Shown here: one piece after another, positions 59,272-64,000 of the stretch | How the letters are laid out: every line of letters begins with the position of its first letter | How positions within the stretch are numbered: position 1 is the stretch's first letter | Assembly (NCBI GenBank): GCA_002499585.1 | Contig: DAMH01000011.1 | Span: forward strand, 15,195-79,194 | Direction of reading: 5' to 3' | Length of the DNA: 64,000 nt | Source of the DNA: Euryarchaeota archaeon UBA552 | GTDB lineage: Archaea > Thermoplasmatota > Poseidoniia > Poseidoniales > Thalassarchaeaceae | Notes under the pieces: model-generated | Told to the model about the DNA's origin: nothing | The model's input: only the letters and a program-made list of their open reading frames with translations | Databases searched by the model: none | Position numbers and translations under genes: made by a program

Positions 59272-61824
59272 ATGCGAGGGGGTGACCGCCGACAAGATAA
59301 CATGGCACACCTCTTGGAAAAACATGCGATAAGCATACTCCTGGGCTCCGTATTTGTAACATTACTGATGGCGTCACAGTTATTTCCCCTGCCTGAGTTT
59401 TCCACAGAAGTCTCAGATTTCGCCCCTCCTGACGAGTCAGAGGCCCAAATTAAGTCAATAGAGTCTGAGTTTCCACCTCAGGCTTCGAGGATATACATTA
59501 ATGTAAAAACCACAAATGAGTCCTCAAATCCCCTCTCAATCCCATCTCTTCAAGAGTTGCTGCAAGAAGAGCAGAACGTAGCGGCCTTGGCAATTCAACG
59601 CGATGTCGAAATCATATCCCAGATCAACGTGGCAATCACCATCGACATTTTGATGAAGGAAAGGGACCAATTGTCAGAGCTGTCGGCAGTCTCTGAGTGG
59701 TCTGAAATTGTCGATGTCATTGAGGACGGTGAGGACTGCACCAGCATAGCAGGAGAGTCTGCAGTCACCTCAACAGCGAGTTTTACCGCATCTGTCCTTG
59801 TGAGCAGTGATCTGACCTTCGATGAATTATGCGATTATTTGGATGGCGTGGCAGAATCAGATCCGACTCCGAGAGCATCCTCAACGATGTGGATTATCGA
59901 AGTTTCTCAATCCAGCAATCCAGAATCTTTGAGGGTTTTCTCGTTAGAACTAAGAGATTATCTAACTGAAAAATCTGCTTCTGGAGAATCGCACTTGTCA
60001 TATGGGGTCGTTTCCGAAGAATTGGTGAGTGAGGATATTAACGAGGGCACGCTTTCGAACTTTACAGGACTTTTAGCGATCTCGCTCATTGTGATTGTCG
60101 CTATCCTCGCAATGGCATTCCGATCTGCCGTTATGGTTGCCGCTCCTCTGATTGCACTCACAGCCGCCCTTTCTTGGACCTACGGGTCTGTTGCCTTGGC
60201 CGGAGCCGAATTTACAGTTTTGGACATCGCCGTTGCACCGGTGATCCTGGGCCTCGGTATTGACTATGGTATACACATGCAAAGGGGATATGAGAGAAAC
60301 TTGGCTGCAGGTATGAAACCGGCTAGGGCATGGGTTGGCGCGTTTAGTGCCCTTAGATTGGCACTCAGCCTGTCAGTCATAACGACAGTTACAGCCTTCC
60401 TGTCAAACGCACTGTCTCCGATCGACCCGCTGCAGGCCTTCGGGACTACACTTGCTGTCGGCGTCGTCTGCGCTTTCACTGCAAGCACAGTCACCGTTGG
60501 AGCGATACACGTCGTTTCAGAACGAACTACTGGGAGATATTCGGGAAGGGGGCCCAATTCTAGTAAAATATGGTCCAAATTATCCGAGTTTCAAGACAAA
60601 GGACTCCCAAAGGTGATGGTGGCAGTCGCCATACTGACCATGGCATCTGCGTTGGTTTCGGTCGGTAGATTGGAAACCAGTTTTGAGTTGACTGACTTTT
60701 TGGATGATGACATGGAATCCATGGAAACTAGAGATGAGATATATTCTAACTATGATGTTGAGTTCATCAAGACAGCCATTGTGTTGATGGAATTTGACAA
60801 TGATAGTGAAGCCATCGAAGACCAGACTATTATGGCTACAATCCTAGGCTTACACAGCAGGTTTGTTCTCGATGACAACATAATCAGACCAGATGGCACT
60901 GAGAACAGCAGGCCGCAGTATGAAGGTCTATACACAGTACTTAGAGATAAATTGGAGGTCGACTCTGGTTGGGGGGCGGAATATGGAATTGAGATCTTCG
61001 ACGGAAAAGTCGGACTTTCTGCAGATCATGAGGAGGGCGATTTGGCCGATGCAATATTTGACTTGTCGAGGGACACAGGCCTCGGCGATCCGTTACGAGG
61101 ACACACATGGGGCGATAGGATATCCAGAGTGGTTGTGCTGGATGACGCGACTGGATCATTCAGTTTCCTCATGATGGATGTGAGTGTTACAGCTGCATCA
61201 AGTGAGGACACCGATTCCATTGCAGACCAATTCAAACGGCATGCCTCGTGGTTGCAGTCGGAGGGAGCGTGTGGATGCAATGTTTACCTTTCAGGGGAAA
61301 TAATCGAGATCGAAGCGGTCCTCGATGGACTCTTTATCTCTCAATTAGAGTCCACCGGCCTGAGCCTTGTCGCCTCGTTCCTGGTATTGATGGCGATGAC
61401 CAGAAGGTTCAGTACATCGGCTGTCATAATATTGCCTGTTGCACTTGCCGGCATTTGGGTAGTTGGAACCATGGCATTAGTCGGGTTGAACTGGAATGTC
61501 CTAACCGTCATGATAACTGCACTAACAATTGGTTTGGGTATCGATTATTCGATACATATGTGGCGTAGATTTGAGGATGAAATGTCCCAGGGCGCCGGCA
61601 GGGTCGAAGCGATGAGCCGTACATATTCCGTTACAGGCTCGGCGTTATTGATGTCTGCATTCACTACGGCCTCAGGTTTCCTGGTCCTGATTCTCTCTCC
61701 TATTCCGGTCATACAGGATTTCGGATTTGTGAGCGCATCATCAGTCGCACTTTCGTTGATCCTAGCACTATTTGTTTTACCGTCGCTCCTTTTGTCAGAG
61801 GCCAAGGCAAGAGGCAGGAGTTAG
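59272..61824 (+). CDS. MMPL/RND-family transporter
   Basis: Two 1+5 TM halves, each with GLGIDY.IH; start 59272 or 59302. Confidence 0.9.
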   Translation: MRGGDRRQDNMAHLLEKHAISILLGSVFVTLLMASQLFPLPEFSTEVSDFAPPDESEAQIKSIESEFPPQASRIYINVKTTNESSNPLSIPSLQELLQEEQNVAALAIQRDVEIISQINVAITIDILMKERDQLSELSAVSEWSEIVDVIEDGEDCTSIAGESAVTSTASFTASVLVSSDLTFDELCDYLDGVAESDPTPRASSTMWIIEVSQSSNPESLRVFSLELRDYLTEKSASGESHLSYGVVSEELVSEDINEGTLSNFTGLLAISLIVIVAILAMAFRSAVMVAAPLIALTAALSWTYGSVALAGAEFTVLDIAVAPVILGLGIDYGIHMQRGYERNLAAGMKPARAWVGAFSALRLALSLSVITTVTAFLSNALSPIDPLQAFGTTLAVGVVCAFTASTVTVGAIHVVSERTTGRYSGRGPNSSKIWSKLSEFQDKGLPKVMVAVAILTMASALVSVGRLETSFELTDFLDDDMESMETRDEIYSNYDVEFIKTAIVLMEFDNDSEAIEDQTIMATILGLHSRFVLDDNIIRPDGTENSRPQYEGLYTVLRDKLEVDSGWGAEYGIEIFDGKVGLSADHEEGDLADAIFDLSRDTGLGDPLRGHTWGDRISRVVVLDDATGSFSFLMMDVSVTAASSEDTDSIADQFKRHASWLQSEGACGCNVYLSGEIIEIEAVLDGLFISQLESTGLSLVASFLVLMAMTRRFSTSAVIILPVALAGIWVVGTMALVGLNWNVLTVMITALTIGLGIDYSIHMWRRFEDEMSQGAGRVEAMSRTYSVTGSALLMSAFTTASGFLVLILSPIPVIQDFGFVSASSVALSLILALFVLPSLLLSEAKARGRS

Positions 61825-61884
61825 GCCAAGAGAATCGAACAACAAGACGTTGGGTTTGAATCCTGTACACTCCTCCGCGCCGCC

Positions 61885-63084
61885 GTGCCAGAGTACATTG
61901 CACGCGATCCGAGGACAGGGTTGCCCCTGTCTACAGGCAAGTCTCGGAGTGCAGGTAATCTAGGCCCATTAACCCCTGATCTTGGAAAATGGGCAGTTCT
62001 TCCACTGGATATCATACTCCCCCTTGCCAATCAGAAAATAGCCGCGGCCGAGATACCGTTAGGGGATGGAGGAGGATTCGCCACAAGAAGCGACGCCATA
62101 ATAGCACTTCACAGGGTCAGGGATGAAGATCTTGCTGATGCACACATGTCCTTGTCAGAGGCAATAGATGAGGATGAACCAAAACTCAGGCTATCTGCGA
62201 TAGTCGGCCTGCCTAGAATGATGCTTCGTAGATCTGAGAACCTGATGTACCAGCTAGTTGTGAGGTTAGATGACCCAAATCCCGAGGTTTCTGAAGCCGC
62301 TTGGGAAACACTTGAGAGAATAGCCCCCATATTCCCGTCATCCTCTGAACTGGATATGGAGGAGTTACTGAGGAGGGAATCTCGAAAACACAGGGACAAG
62401 GCCTTCAAAGTCCTCAAGGCTATGTCAAGGGAATGGGTCGAAACAGGCTGTCAGCACTTGGAGACACTACTCAAGGATGAAGATGTGGACTTGAGACGCC
62501 GCGCTTCGAAATTACTCCGAGTAATAACGGATCGCGGGGGGGCGGTGGGATGGGATCTGATCGCATGGGCGCTCGAGGACACAGATTCCAAAGTCAGATC
62601 TTCAGGAGCCGACTGCCTACCGAGATTGGCTTCATCAGAGCCAAGGATTGCTGCTATCCTGGTCGAAGCCTCACTGGGTGAGAAAGATCCCTCTGTCAGG
62701 ATGAAAATCCTCCGGGCCATCAAATCCCTGGACATGCAGAATCCACGGGTTGCACGGCTGGTGATTGACGGTGCATCTGACACCGACATAAAACTCAGGC
62801 GCGCATGCATCTCTCAGCTATCAGCCGTTCTCACCGGGGCCTCTCTGAGGGAGACTGCGGGAGAACTGGCGAGGAACGAGGTCGATCCGGAATTAAAGCG
62901 TCAGCTGATGGCCCTGGCCTACGATCCGGAGATGGAGGGAACTGAGGAGGAAAAGAATAGATATCTGGCAGATCTGGATCCTGTGGAGGATGAAGTCGAG
63001 ATGTTGAAAATGAGTAATACCGACAATACACCCCAGCGAGAAGGTCATAAACAAGAGCAAGGTCGGCAGGCCTACGAGGAATGA
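61885..63084 (+). CDS. HEAT-repeat protein
   Basis: Repeated L.D.D..VR/LR..A helical units. Confidence 0.8.
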   Translation: MPEYIARDPRTGLPLSTGKSRSAGNLGPLTPDLGKWAVLPLDIILPLANQKIAAAEIPLGDGGGFATRSDAIIALHRVRDEDLADAHMSLSEAIDEDEPKLRLSAIVGLPRMMLRRSENLMYQLVVRLDDPNPEVSEAAWETLERIAPIFPSSSELDMEELLRRESRKHRDKAFKVLKAMSREWVETGCQHLETLLKDEDVDLRRRASKLLRVITDRGGAVGWDLIAWALEDTDSKVRSSGADCLPRLASSEPRIAAILVEASLGEKDPSVRMKILRAIKSLDMQNPRVARLVIDGASDTDIKLRRACISQLSAVLTGASLRETAGELARNEVDPELKRQLMALAYDPEMEGTEEEKNRYLADLDPVEDEVEMLKMSNTDNTPQREGHKQEQGRQAYEE

Positions 63085-63371
63085 CAATGACCGACGCTGT
63101 CACAGAAAAAGAGGCGCAATTCGAGCGGCTCTGGGCCGGAGAGACTCCCAAGGGTGTAAACCGGACGAAGGCACTGAAATTCAGGCAATACATGAAACAG
63201 CACGTACTCCAGAAATACCACAAAAGGCGTAAAGAGCAATTCGCCAGCGCCGACAAAGGGCACTTCAATCACAGTTTCACCAGCAAACATATGTTCCTAA
63301 CAAAGGAAAATTGCAGGAAGTACTGGATGGGTGAGCTACAACAGGAAATTAAGGACTCGGAGAGTTTCTGA
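63081..63371 (+). CDS. Small hypothetical protein
   Basis: 96 aa; ATGA overlap with the HEAT gene and GAGG upstream. Confidence 0.7.
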   Translation: MTMTDAVTEKEAQFERLWAGETPKGVNRTKALKFRQYMKQHVLQKYHKRRKEQFASADKGHFNHSFTSKHMFLTKENCRKYWMGELQQEIKDSESF

Positions 63372-63380
63372 GGCCTAGCT

Positions 63381-64000
63381 ATGGAGAAAACAGGGTTTTC
63401 GAGATTTGAAATCTCGATTTCAGTATTGAACGCCCTAAACAAAAAGGGATGGGAAAAACCAACTGAAATTCAGCGTGAGACCCTACCCTCAGCACTCAGA
63501 GGAAAGGACATAATCGGACAGGCTCAGACAGGCTCGGGAAAGACAGCCGCGTTCGGAATTCCAATAATAGAGGCAACCAATCCAAAAAAAGTGGTACAAG
63601 CCATAGTTCTCTGTCCAACTAGAGAGCTCGCAATCCAAGTTGCCGAGGAAATGAACTGGCTGCAAGGTGACAAAGGACTGATCATAGAAAATGTCTATGG
63701 TGGGACCGACCTGGAAAGACAAGCCAAGAAACTTGAGGCCGGCGTTGACGTAGTTGTTGGCACACCCGGCAGGGTTATCGACATGGCAAAAAGAGGACAT
63801 CTGCCACTATCCAAGATCAAGACTTTCTGCTTAGATGAAGCCGATAGGATGCTCGATATGGGTTTCTTCCCAGATGTAACATGGATATTCGAACAAGCAC
63901 CTAACAGAGAACAAACGATGCTGTTCAGTGCCACATTCCCCCAGGAAGTTCTCGACGCTTCTGAGGAACTCATGAATGAACCAGAGCAGGTCTTCACGGG
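63381..64000 (+). CDS. DEAD-box RNA helicase, 5' part (runs off window; not in ORF track)
   Basis: Translated by hand: PTEIQ, AQTGSGKT, PTRELA, YGG, GTPGR, LDEADRMLDMGF, FSAT. Confidence 0.95.
   Translation, partial: MEKTGFSRFEISISVLNALNKKGWEKPTEIQRETLPSALRGKDIIGQAQTGSGKTAAFGIPIIEATNPKKVVQAIVLCPTRELAIQVAEEMNWLQGDKGLIIENVYGGTDLERQAKKLEAGVDVVVGTPGRVIDMAKRGHLPLSKIKTFCLDEADRMLDMGFFPDVTWIFEQAPNREQTMLFSATFPQEVLDASEELMNEPEQVFT

Overview
Archaeal chromosomal window, most likely Marine Group II / Ca. Poseidoniales (Thermoplasmatota). This is an inference from the archaeal information genes (rpo7-spt4-S24e-S27ae, rpo11, aEF-1beta, archaeal AlaRS, DTD2, RtcB, archease), bacterial-type metabolic genes and very large acidic surface proteins. 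About 45 CDS and three intronless tRNAs with encoded CCA (Leu-TAA, Ser-GGA, Thr-GGT). Four small genes (S27ae, an HVO_2753-like Zn finger, two 50-55 aa candidates) and a truncated DEAD-box helicase were read directly from the sequence because the ORF track misses or mis-starts them. No integrase, transposase or CRISPR array was seen. Five membrane-anchored surface-protein genes occupy about 27.8 kb (about 43%). The best candidate novel system is this envelope set: a 2977-aa TgpA-like protein (DxDxDG repeats, transglutaminase-like core with a remodelled triad, long Ig-like stalk, DUF4129-like tail), a DxDxDG protein with a lysine-less biotinyl/lipoyl-like insert, a protein with phage-like GxGY repeats, and a protein ending in an ESCRT MIM1-like motif. 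Non-coding candidates are a three-box, 11-bp-phased operator beside a tandem RHH gene and structured leaders before rpo7 and gdhA. All family calls are by eye from motifs; no searches were run.
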